Shown here: one piece after another, positions 9,043 to 17,175 of the stretch | Position numbering within the stretch: position 1 is the first letter of the stretch | Layout: each line of letters begins with the position of its first letter | Virus record (IMG/VR): IMGVR_UViG_3300025585_000039 | Location: 16,004-80,003 of that record | From: a virus | Strand: one strand, 5' to 3' | Length of the DNA: 64,000 bases | The notes under the pieces: generated by a model | Database searches by the model: none | The model's input: only the letters and a program-made list of their open reading frames with translations | What the model was told of the DNA's origin: nothing | Translations under genes and position numbers: made by a program

Positions 9043-9719
9043 TATTCTTGTCCAGTGGAATCTCTTTTAGCAGAAAGGGGAACATTGTGATACCAATTTG
9101 GTAACGCATATCTTGGACCTTTTGTAACTGGATGAACTTCATGAACATACAAAAAGTTAGATGGGAAGAACAAAACGCTTCCTGGATCTGGTTTAATTAC
9201 AAGGTCTGAATGTCTAAACTCTATCTCTCCGCCCTCATAGTCATCATTGAGATAAAGCAATACAGATAAAACTCTTGTACTAATTCCTTGATCTTGATGA
9301 GCAGGAAGGTGTCCAGTTTTTTCATACTTCAATAAATGCATTGTATGTTCTCTAGACTTAATGTTCTTTTCTGCAAATGGATATAAGTCTTTTGTATAGT
9401 GATCAAGCGTTATATCTAATGCACCAAATAGTTCTGAAGAAATAAACTTTTGTTCTTCACCATATATATCATTTGCTGGAATGTCTTTGACTTGTGGAAT
9501 AAACTTCTGCATGTTAAACGTCAGCATGCTTTCACCCTCGCCATATGTCCAAGGAACCCATGGCTTTACGGATGTTTGATTTGGTCCAGGCTTATCAGTA
9601 AGCCATCTATTCTCAAGTTCTTCAACAGCATCAATAATCTTTTGTGGTTCTTTAATTACATTTGTATAATAAACTAAACCAAGATCTAAAACTTCATAAT
9701 CAAACATGGTTAAGTCCAT
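9042..9719 (-). CDS. prolyl-4-hydroxylase-like 2OG-Fe(II) oxygenase
   Basis: LPAHQD, LLYLNDDYEGGE, FPSN..YVHEV.PV..G.RY. Confidence 0.9.
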   Translation of the reverse strand: MDLTMFDYEVLDLGLVYYTNVIKEPQKIIDAVEELENRWLTDKPGPNQTSVKPWVPWTYGEGESMLTFNMQKFIPQVKDIPANDIYGEEQKFISSELFGALDITLDHYTKDLYPFAEKNIKSREHTMHLLKYEKTGHLPAHQDQGISTRVLSVLLYLNDDYEGGEIEFRHSDLVIKPDPGSVLFFPSNFLYVHEVHPVTKGPRYALPNWYHNVPLSAKRDSTGQE

Positions 9720-10350
9720 ATTCTCTTGCAAGCCACTTTGGTCTTTGGCCTGGGAATAGGAACTCTGGATCTGCATTTTGTGGCAAACTAGTATGCATAT
9801 ACAGTGCCGTATATCTATTGCCCTTAGTTACCGTTGTAATACCATGTACATATTCTGTTCCAGCACTTGGGAAAAATACCGCCGAATATTTCTTAGGAGC
9901 ATAAACAACATTTTGGTTTGGAAAATAAATTCTTCCACCTTCAAAATCATCGTTAAGATACATAACGGTACTCCACTCAATCCATGGTTCTGGGCCTTGT
10001 GCATCAATGTGTAGGTCTCCCTTTTTACCTTCTGCCCACCAAGATCCAAACCCTTTGAATACATATATATCATGCATATACCCATTGAGTCTTCTGTGGT
10101 CTTCGTTTGCTTTCTGTCCATACTTAACAAGTACTTCCATAACTTGCTTGTTATAAGGAAGAGAAGTTCCTCCAAATCTTTTCTTATAATAATCTGGATA
10201 ATCATTAACCTCAGAAGGATTTTGCATTTCTCTAACTAAGAGATCTGCATCTTCTGGTGTAATGTAATTTTCTATAACATGAATTCTATGGCCATAGGTT
10301 TCTGGTCCGTGTGCCTCTAAATAGTTTTCTGGATTTGCTACTTCGATCAT
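9700..10350 (-). CDS. prolyl-4-hydroxylase-like 2OG-Fe(II) oxygenase
   Basis: LHID, MYLNDDFEGG, YVHGIT.V..G.RY; SD AGAGGAG. Confidence 0.9.
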   Translation of the reverse strand: MIEVANPENYLEAHGPETYGHRIHVIENYITPEDADLLVREMQNPSEVNDYPDYYKKRFGGTSLPYNKQVMEVLVKYGQKANEDHRRLNGYMHDIYVFKGFGSWWAEGKKGDLHIDAQGPEPWIEWSTVMYLNDDFEGGRIYFPNQNVVYAPKKYSAVFFPSAGTEYVHGITTVTKGNRYTALYMHTSLPQNADPEFLFPGQRPKWLAREYGLNHV

Positions 10351-10366
10351 TTTTTCTCCTCTTATT

Positions 10367-10375
10367 ATTATACCA
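10367..10375 (-). promoter_or_regulatory. extended -10 promoter TGGTATAAT
   Basis: Perfect motif upstream of the SD of the gene starting at 10350. Confidence 0.6.
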
Positions 10376-11245
10376 CTAGTGAACTGCTTTGGTGGTAGCA
10401 GTATATCTTCTAGCATCAATTTGATTAAAATTTAATTTTTCTGGATCATATTGAACATCATTAGTTTCAAATGGTAGTGGTTCTAAACTTTTGAAATCAA
10501 AGTTGTGTCTTGTGCAGAAATCATCTACCGTTAAGTCCCTGCCAAGAATTGATCCACAGCAATTAATACCAGTCCTTAGCATTGTGATTGCTTCATTGTA
10601 ATTATGATTTATTGAAAATGGTACGTACAGTGTTTCCATAGTTGGCTTACCAGCAAGAGTATAAAAATCTGTGGGCATTGCAAAAACTGGAATACCCCTT
10701 GTAAATAAATCTAGGGATAGGACTTCTTCCACACCATTATATTTTATATAACTTGGATAGTTAAGATTAGACATTGTTTTCTTATCACCAAATATTAGAT
10801 CCCTATCAATAAAATCTGTTTGAACAATTTCAGAAGTTTCAATTTTTTCTTTTTGTATATAGAATACATTCTTTGCGGATATAGCAACTTGGTGATTACC
10901 AGAAATTATCTGATTTGGCTTACACGCCTCAATTAGTTTTACATCCCAATCCTTAGACAACATAACATTGTCCGACAACAACATAAAATATTTTGATTTG
11001 GACCACATTGCATTTGATGCTCTTAGGGCTGAATGATTTGTAATCCAATCCCAGAATAGGTGCTTATATCCAACACCCATTTTTTCAAAGGTATCTTTTC
11101 TATCTAGTGGATGTTGATCATATATACCTATACCAATTGAATGTTTCTTACTTGAATTATCTATAATCTGTTGAATAACATCTTTAAGATGTTTACCCTT
11201 ATAAGAATAAATAAAAATATTTATGTCTACATTATTCATCGTCAT
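10376..11245 (-). CDS. GT-A fold glycosyltransferase, GT60/Gnt1-like
   Basis: IFIYSYK...IGIGIYDQ...KYFMLLSDNVML.KDWD..LIE parallels the Gnt1 pattern IFVSIASYRD...VGV..Q...YYLQIDSH..F...WD. Confidence 0.6.
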   Translation of the reverse strand: MTMNNVDINIFIYSYKGKHLKDVIQQIIDNSSKKHSIGIGIYDQHPLDRKDTFEKMGVGYKHLFWDWITNHSALRASNAMWSKSKYFMLLSDNVMLSKDWDVKLIEACKPNQIISGNHQVAISAKNVFYIQKEKIETSEIVQTDFIDRDLIFGDKKTMSNLNYPSYIKYNGVEEVLSLDLFTRGIPVFAMPTDFYTLAGKPTMETLYVPFSINHNYNEAITMLRTGINCCGSILGRDLTVDDFCTRHNFDFKSLEPLPFETNDVQYDPEKLNFNQIDARRYTATTKAVH

Positions 11246-12002
11246 GCTTGACTTCTTTCATCAATGCATTTTTGATACCATAAATCTTACGTCTCCAAGC
11301 AGTTTCTTTATAATAACCATATAGTCTGGATCTTCGATTCTCTGCCATAAACTCATGTCTTTCTAAATCTGAATCTTTTTCTGCTAATTCCATTTCCCAG
11401 TTTTCTCGTTTAAATGGTATCATTTGAAATATTGGTGTTCCCTTTGGAATTGTTCCAATGAAATTTTTCTTTAAAAAGAATGCGGTAAATACTGGTAGTC
11501 CCCAAATATCAGCCTCAACAACGCCAGACATTGTATAGAATGGAAGGTCGTGTCTATTCATTGGGTGGGTAATAAGAACAGAGTATCCAGGTGGTGTTTC
11601 ATAATACCAGTTCATTCTCCATCCGTAATGGATTGGATGACACCCATCTGGCACTGGTAATTCAATCGTTGGTCTTTTATCAACCATCATTACTTCACCA
11701 TTCCAAGACACAATTGGCTTACCGTGCTTGGTTTGATCTACGTGAACATCATCTTCTAGGACATAGTGATATCCACCAGTCATGGCATCAAAGAATGGCA
11801 TACACATTTTAGTAGCAACCATTGCTCCGTCTGCACCAATATTATTTTTTACACCAAGAGTAATATCATCATTTGACTTATCAAACTTTGCAAGACTTCT
11901 GTACCATTCAGGCACATTCTTTACCGCTGGCTCTGGTGGCGTAAGTCTATGCTCATAACCAGTAAAGGCTGGTGTAAATTTAATAATGTTAGGATCTGTC
12001 AC
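11232..12002 (-). CDS. DUF6065-like protein (possible dUTPase-like beta fold)
   Basis: PEWY, TK.CMPF.DAM..GY, TPPGYS, IPKGTP..Q.IPFKRE. Confidence 0.55.
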   Translation of the reverse strand: MTDPNIIKFTPAFTGYEHRLTPPEPAVKNVPEWYRSLAKFDKSNDDITLGVKNNIGADGAMVATKMCMPFFDAMTGGYHYVLEDDVHVDQTKHGKPIVSWNGEVMMVDKRPTIELPVPDGCHPIHYGWRMNWYYETPPGYSVLITHPMNRHDLPFYTMSGVVEADIWGLPVFTAFFLKKNFIGTIPKGTPIFQMIPFKRENWEMELAEKDSDLERHEFMAENRRSRLYGYYKETAWRRKIYGIKNALMKEVKHDDE

Positions 12003-12721
12003 TTAAATTCTTTCTTTGCTCTATATTTATTTTTATAAGAGTGAACAAAATTACTTCTAAGTTTAAATCTTTGTTTTGTTAATTCTGCTGATGATTCAGA
12101 AGTTGGAACTAACTCCATCTTCCAATCTTCACGTTTAAATGGGATGACTTGAACAAGAGGTGTTCCTTGTTTAATTACACCCTTAAAATCTTTTTCAATA
12201 AGAATAGATAGGTGACCATCTGTAATAAACTTATCTGTGTCAATGAATCCCTGTATTGCTAAGAAAGGTAAGTGATCTTTGTGCAAGGGATGCATGAAAA
12301 GTGTGCTATAACCTTCTGGTGTTTTAACTGCCCAGAATGGCATAACTCTAAACAATTGTTTGTGATACTTATTAGTATCGATTGGATAATGATCGTATTG
12401 TTCTGGAGCATGTACAGCAAACATATCATTAACAAATTGCTTCATCGTCAACGGAACTGAGAACTCAATCTTTGCTGGGTTTGTTGCATCAATATAAACA
12501 TCGCATGGAAACGGAATGACATACCCTGCTGTCATAGCATCAAAAATTGGCATACAACGTTTAATAGTTGATGATAATTCTCCCTTTGGAAGGAACTCGT
12601 CATCCCTTACAGATGCTGGCTGTCTCTTATACCAGTCTGGTGTATTTTTGATTGCTGGTGTTGGTTCTGGTGCGAAAAATGTTGTTCTTTCGCTAAACGG
12701 ATAAAACCGAATGATGTTCAT
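11999..12721 (-). CDS. DUF6065-like protein, paralog of 11232..12002
   Basis: PDWY, TIKRCMP..DAM.AGY, TPEGYS, GTPLVQVIPFKRE. Confidence 0.55.
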   Translation of the reverse strand: MNIIRFYPFSERTTFFAPEPTPAIKNTPDWYKRQPASVRDDEFLPKGELSSTIKRCMPIFDAMTAGYVIPFPCDVYIDATNPAKIEFSVPLTMKQFVNDMFAVHAPEQYDHYPIDTNKYHKQLFRVMPFWAVKTPEGYSTLFMHPLHKDHLPFLAIQGFIDTDKFITDGHLSILIEKDFKGVIKQGTPLVQVIPFKREDWKMELVPTSESSAELTKQRFKLRSNFVHSYKNKYRAKKEFK

Positions 12722-13382
12722 AGAACTCCTTTACTCTATTAACAATTATATCATCTGCCTCAAAAACCATATCAAACATTGGCTGTTGTCTTTTAATTTT
12801 GCCAAAATTCTCATTGATCATATGGGGTCCAACTTTTTTAAAGGCAAATGTAACAAATGCTGGCTCAATATATTTTTCATCGCCAGTGGTTTTTGTATAA
12901 CTATATTCTGTTGGATTAATATAGAATGGTGAGGCAGCGTCTGGTTTTTCAAACCTCACATTGATGTTTTCATCTATAAACCACGGAACATAAAACTTAT
13001 AAAAAGAATTAAAACAATCATCTGTCAAATCAAAGGTTTCTTTGGTTTGATAGTATTGCCTTATCCATGGACGATCTAAATTAAAAAATGCCCTAGTGTG
13101 TTGTCTTACTAGCAAAAAGAATTCAGCATGATTTCCCTGCCTAAGTCTAACTGTATTGTTTTCAATCGATACAAGTTTTGGTGCTGGGTATAAATTCCTT
13201 ACATAGTTGTTGATTGGCTTGATTATTGAGTCTTTATATTCACTCTGCATGACTTTAGAATATGTAATCCAATTTATATTTACCCTGGATTTTTCACTAA
13301 TATCAGAAAAAACTGGGTCCCATGTTTCTTGCCAAATATGAAAATTATATTTTTGATCTGTTAGGATTTCTGGTCCTTGCAT
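12693..13382 (-). CDS. hypothetical protein
   Basis: Long ORF; promoter upstream at 13404. Confidence 0.7.
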   Translation of the reverse strand: MQGPEILTDQKYNFHIWQETWDPVFSDISEKSRVNINWITYSKVMQSEYKDSIIKPINNYVRNLYPAPKLVSIENNTVRLRQGNHAEFFLLVRQHTRAFFNLDRPWIRQYYQTKETFDLTDDCFNSFYKFYVPWFIDENINVRFEKPDAASPFYINPTEYSYTKTTGDEKYIEPAFVTFAFKKVGPHMINENFGKIKRQQPMFDMVFEADDIIVNRVKEFYEHHSVLSV

Positions 13383-13403
13383 TACAAAACCTTTCGACAA
13401 CTC

Positions 13404-13412
13404 ATTATACCA
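13404..13412 (-). promoter_or_regulatory. extended -10 promoter TGGTATAAT
   Basis: Perfect motif between the tRNA cluster and the gene starting at 13382. Confidence 0.6.
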
Positions 13413-13425
13413 ACACATTCATCAG

Positions 13426-13497
13426 AGCCTCCTGTAGGATTTGAACCTACGACAACTCGCTTACAAGGCGAGTACTCTACCCCTGAGTTAAGGAGGC
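13426..13497 (-). tRNA. tRNA-Thr(UGU)
   Basis: Cloverleaf: GCCTCCT/AGGAGGC acceptor, CTCGC-CTTGTAA-GCGAG anticodon arm, GTTCAAATC T loop; no CCA. Confidence 0.93.
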
Positions 13498-13498
13498 G

Positions 13499-13570
13499 TA
13501 GCCCTAGAGAGAATTGAACTCTCGTTTCCAGATTGAAAATCTGATGTCCTAACCACTAGACGATAGGGCC
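13499..13570 (-). tRNA. tRNA-Glu(UUC)
   Basis: GGCCCTA/TAGGGCT acceptor, TCAGA-TTTTCAA-TCTGG anticodon arm, GTTCAATTC. Confidence 0.92.
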
Positions 13571-13574
13571 TAAG

Positions 13575-13648
13575 CGATCCCGAACGGACTTGAACCGTCG
13601 ACCTCTTCCGTGACAGGGAAGCGTTCTAACCAACTGAACTACGGGACC
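13575..13648 (-). tRNA. tRNA-Asp(GUC)
   Basis: GGTCCCG/CGGGATC acceptor, CTTCC-CTGTCAC-GGAAG anticodon arm, G discriminator. Confidence 0.93.
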
Positions 13649-13652
13649 TCAG

Positions 13653-13723
13653 AGCGAATAGGGAGAATCGAACTCCCACCTTCTGCTTGGAAGGCAGAGG
13701 CACTACCATTATGCAACATTCGC
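13653..13723 (-). tRNA. tRNA-Gly(UCC)
   Basis: GCGAATG/TATTCGC acceptor, TCTGC-CTTCCAA-GCAGA anticodon arm, GTTCGATTC. Confidence 0.93.
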
Positions 13724-13835
13724 AGTGTCTAACTTTGTTGTTGCGTCCTAGTTAGACTTAGGCACAGAGGCAGTGCACTGCATGTGATGATGTGTGACCG
13801 ACACTTTCGTGTTACAGGGACAAACATACGCTATG
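13724..13835 (-). ncRNA. candidate structured ncRNA between tRNA-Asn and tRNA-Gly
   Basis: ACAC-GAAA-GTGT hairpin, GCAC/GTGC hairpin, 8-bp GTCTAACT/AGTTAGAC stem crossing a GTCC/GGAC stem; other spacers in the cluster are only 1-4 nt. Confidence 0.45.
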
Positions 13836-13908
13836 CTGGTCTGGCAGGTCTCGATCCTGCGACATCTCGATTAACAGTCGAGTGTTCTACCAACTGAACT
13901 ACAGACCA
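13836..13908 (-). tRNA. tRNA-Asn(GUU) with atypical T loop
   Basis: TGGTCTG/CAGACCA acceptor, CTCGA-CTGTTAA-TCGAG anticodon arm, T arm GCAGG-ATCGAGA-CCTGC. Confidence 0.88.
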
Positions 13909-13915
13909 AAACCTT

Positions 13916-14680
13916 TTATGCTGCTGCTTTTACAATTTTAGATGTAACTGCATCAGATGACCACATTGCTGCAAGTGCTGCAGTGGCAGATGAAGATGTA
14001 TGTGCTACTAAGCCAATAGTAGTTGAATAACTAAACTTAGATCCATCATCAGAGATTTTTACAAAGTAATCTGTATCAGCATTAAACTGTCCAAGTGCAC
14101 TTCCAACTTCATTGGCATGTACTACTGAAGCAGTATCTACAATGCATGCTGGATAGTTTACTGGCTTAGCCTTGTCATTGCCAGTAGATGCAAAAACCAA
14201 AATACCTTTTTGCTTTAACACTGTAATAATTCTCTTAATTTCTTTATCTGCTGTATCTGGTGTCCATGGTGCAGATGCAATTGGCATACATGGTTTAGTT
14301 GCATGATTAAAATATCTTGAAAATGAGACAGCCTTTACCATAGATGCATTCTTTTCAACCCACTGCAAAGACGAGATAAATTGTGCTGGAGTCATTTCTG
14401 TTTTTGCATTTGCTCCACAAATTGCAATAATATTTAATGCTGGATTTTGCAATTTTGCAACAGCGTACATTGCTGTACCATGATTGTATGGGCTTGATGC
14501 CAACGCACCAGAAATAGGTGCAGTTTGTGGACAAGATGTTCCAGATGGTGTAATTGGATTCAGTGCAACATTAGACTGAAAATAAGAATCAATAATGACA
14601 AGAGACTTAGTATCTGCCTGTGCTTGAACTGGTACTACAACTGAAAATAGTATTGCTACTAGTGCTATGATTTTTTTCAT
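13916..14680 (-). CDS. secreted subtilase (peptidase S8)-like protein
   Basis: Signal peptide; LVIIDS (Asp), NHGT (His), ASTGND (oxyanion Asn), HTSSSATA (divergent Ser motif). Confidence 0.65.
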   Translation of the reverse strand: MKKIIALVAILFSVVVPVQAQADTKSLVIIDSYFQSNVALNPITPSGTSCPQTAPISGALASSPYNHGTAMYAVAKLQNPALNIIAICGANAKTEMTPAQFISSLQWVEKNASMVKAVSFSRYFNHATKPCMPIASAPWTPDTADKEIKRIITVLKQKGILVFASTGNDKAKPVNYPACIVDTASVVHANEVGSALGQFNADTDYFVKISDDGSKFSYSTTIGLVAHTSSSATAALAAMWSSDAVTSKIVKAAA

Positions 14681-14696
14681 TTTATTCCTTTTGCTC

Positions 14697-14903
14697 TTAC
14701 GATATCATCAATCTGATGACATGACAACATGGGTCGCCTCCTGCTTCCCATTCTTCTAACTCTTCCTCACCCATATATTCGTATCCGCCATCGTGGGTAT
14801 TGCAATATGGGGGTGTTACCCAACCACGATCAATACCATTAGAAAGCCAAATACCAAACTCTGTTTCCTCTGGAGATAAATCTTCTTCATGTGTGTGATT
14901 CAT
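14697..14903 (-). CDS. hypothetical acidic Cys/His protein
   Basis: W...GI..GW...P.C.THDG...W..G.DPC.H; ATG 7 nt after TAGAAT. Confidence 0.7.
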   Translation of the reverse strand: MNHTHEEDLSPEETEFGIWLSNGIDRGWVTPPYCNTHDGGYEYMGEEELEEWEAGGDPCCHVIRLMIS

Positions 14904-14916
14904 ACTATTAATTCTA

Positions 14917-16563
14917 CTACTTACCGTTCCACTTGTCAAGTTCTTTTTTGAGCATATCTAGCCCCATAGGACCTAATTTCAATGCGTACATATGCCATTT
15001 TTTGAGATTAAAATTGTCACCTAATTTAGTTTTTGATTTTTCTCTGGCTTCGAGCCAAATACGCTCACCAAGTTTATAGGTGATTGCTTGTCCTGCCCAA
15101 GAAATATATCTTTTAACTTCATTAACAGCATAGTCATGTGTTAATAATGCTTGCTCTTCCATAAATTTTACAGCCAAGTCTGGTGTCCATGTTTCACCAT
15201 ATGGACTTTCATATTCTAAGTGCAACCCAATATCAACAACTAACCTTGCTGCTCTCATTGCTTGGCAAAGTAAGTATCCCATTTTATATCCAGGATCTTC
15301 AAAATAGCCAAGTTCATCCATTAGTGTTTCTGCATATAAAGCCCATCCTTCACCATACCCAGAATTCCAAGCATCTTCTCTTTGATATCTTGTCAGTGTT
15401 TCTTTGTTGTATGTTGCAGTTGCAATTTGCATATGATGGCCAGGCACTGACTCATGGAACCATGTCGAATAATTTTCCCATGTTGTAAACTTTGTACGTC
15501 CCAATGTTGGATAATATGTTCTTCCTGGTCTCTCTAAATCATCTGAAGGTCCTTTGTAATATGGAGATTCATCAATAGTATCTTCATCCATGATCACTTC
15601 ACATTTACGAATAACAGCAGGAATTGTAAAATACTCACCACTTAGATCCGCAATTGCTTGCTTAGTTATTTTATCTAAAAACTTTTTAAAATTATCTTTG
15701 CCCTCGATGGTGTAGTCTGGACTATTATTTAAAAAATTTGCAACCTCTGTCAAGGACTTGGCATCTGGTTTAATTTTTTTGGCAACATCCCACATCTGCT
15801 TATGAATATTTTCTAAATCTTTGAAGCCAGAAGCATATACCTTTTTAGGATTAATCATTAAACCAGTTTGAGACTTTACTAGTTTTATGTATCTTTCTTC
15901 ACCCACAGCAAACTTATCTAAACAGGTAGGAAGGTATTTAAGTTCTAACCAAGTAGAGACTTGCTCACATGCGATCTGCGCTTCCTTTGCAGCCTTTAAA
16001 AGTCTTTTGTCAGCATCATCAATATCTTTGGCAATTTTAACAAACAAACCTTCTGCATAATTATTTAAAATATCAATCAAATATTCAACACGTAACTTAA
16101 TTCCAGGCTGACCCAATGCTGATACGTCTTTCAGTGATGAGACCCATTGTGTAAGTGCCGTTGGAATTTTTTCCATACGCTTAATAATATTTAAAACATC
16201 TTTCCTTGTTTCTTTAGGCATGACCTCAAAAACTTCAAACATGGATTGTGGCTCTGAAAAAACTGAGCCGAAGTTTACATAGTTCCAATTGTCATCAGCA
16301 TCTTCTATGTAATCATTAATATCAAACAAGATAACCTTTTTTGCAATCTCATCATAGCGATCAATTGGCTCTACCTCGCTGATTTGTTTGTAATATTTTT
16401 TTGCTATCTTTAAAAATGGGTCTACCTCATGGTAGGCATAGTCGTTCCAGTCTGAATTTTGGTCTGTATCATTGGCAAAGGTTGAAGCGATAGCATCATA
16501 TTCTAAAGACTTAAGGCTATATTCTTCAGACAGCCTAAAAATTTCTGATCGATGCCTTGCCAT
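14917..16563 (-). CDS. DUF885 family zinc metallopeptidase-like protein
   Basis: HESVPGHHMQ, EGWALYAE, RAARLVVDIGLH, EVKRY...GQA..YKLG. Confidence 0.9.
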   Translation of the reverse strand: MARHRSEIFRLSEEYSLKSLEYDAIASTFANDTDQNSDWNDYAYHEVDPFLKIAKKYYKQISEVEPIDRYDEIAKKVILFDINDYIEDADDNWNYVNFGSVFSEPQSMFEVFEVMPKETRKDVLNIIKRMEKIPTALTQWVSSLKDVSALGQPGIKLRVEYLIDILNNYAEGLFVKIAKDIDDADKRLLKAAKEAQIACEQVSTWLELKYLPTCLDKFAVGEERYIKLVKSQTGLMINPKKVYASGFKDLENIHKQMWDVAKKIKPDAKSLTEVANFLNNSPDYTIEGKDNFKKFLDKITKQAIADLSGEYFTIPAVIRKCEVIMDEDTIDESPYYKGPSDDLERPGRTYYPTLGRTKFTTWENYSTWFHESVPGHHMQIATATYNKETLTRYQREDAWNSGYGEGWALYAETLMDELGYFEDPGYKMGYLLCQAMRAARLVVDIGLHLEYESPYGETWTPDLAVKFMEEQALLTHDYAVNEVKRYISWAGQAITYKLGERIWLEAREKSKTKLGDNFNLKKWHMYALKLGPMGLDMLKKELDKWNGK

Positions 16564-16616
16564 TTTATCCTCTTTAGGTAGTAGTAAACCCCCCATTAAG
16601 GATGGGGCATACATAT

Positions 16617-16645
16617 AGTATACCAGCCCTTAAGGGGGGTGTCAA
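16617..16645 (-). promoter_or_regulatory. near-consensus sigma70/sigmaA promoter TTGACA-N17-TATACT
   Basis: TTGACA CCCCCCTTAAGGGCTGG TATACT, includes the TG extension. Confidence 0.8.
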
Positions 16646-16665
16646 TTACCACTATTAATGATTAA

Positions 16666-16965
16666 TTAACCCTTTTTTGATCGTGATCTACGCTCTTCAA
16701 CCACCATGTCTTCTACGGTAATTGCATTTTTGTCTACAGTAGAGAATGCTGAATTAATCTCATCGATAGTTAGTTTGCCATCGTCCATAAATGCACGAGC
16801 CAACTTTTCAACTACTGCTGCAACTGCTGTCAAACCAGCAACGGTAACTGCCTTAATTGTAGAGATACCAGCAATAGCACCAGCACCAATGACTGCAAGG
16901 CCATTAGCAGCAAAGACTGCCACGATACGCATAATAATATTCCAAATATTTTTTACACCTTTCAT
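16666..16965 (-). CDS. membrane protein, possible holin-like
   Basis: Two hydrophobic segments; DDGKLT..EI motif; basic C-terminus. Confidence 0.6.
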   Translation of the reverse strand: MKGVKNIWNIIMRIVAVFAANGLAVIGAGAIAGISTIKAVTVAGLTAVAAVVEKLARAFMDDGKLTIDEINSAFSTVDKNAITVEDMVVEERRSRSKKG

Positions 16966-16966
16966 T

Positions 16967-17173
16967 CTAGTCCTCCTTTCTCAATGGAATGGATATTAAC
17001 CAAACCACTGTAGTAATAAGAATTGCTATACCAACAATATCTCTTGCTGATCCTGTAAGGGTTAGCCAAGCAATAAAAAATCCAAGGAGAGTAAATGCTT
17101 GAGCAATTATTTCTACACCTGCATCTTTTAGCCATGTCATGAATCCCTTTATAACTTTCTTAATCATTTTCAT
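16967..17173 (-). CDS. small two-TM membrane protein
   Basis: Two hydrophobic helices; SD AGGAGG upstream. Confidence 0.7.
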   Translation of the reverse strand: MKMIKKVIKGFMTWLKDAGVEIIAQAFTLLGFFIAWLTLTGSARDIVGIAILITTVVWLISIPLRKED

Positions 17174-17175
17174 AT

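Noticed and set aside
13751-13827. Short ORF (MFVPVTRKC...) within the tRNA spacer, or a known ribozyme class
   Set aside because: No SD and atypical composition; the HDV/theta P1-P2-P3 order and hammerhead core could not be fitted
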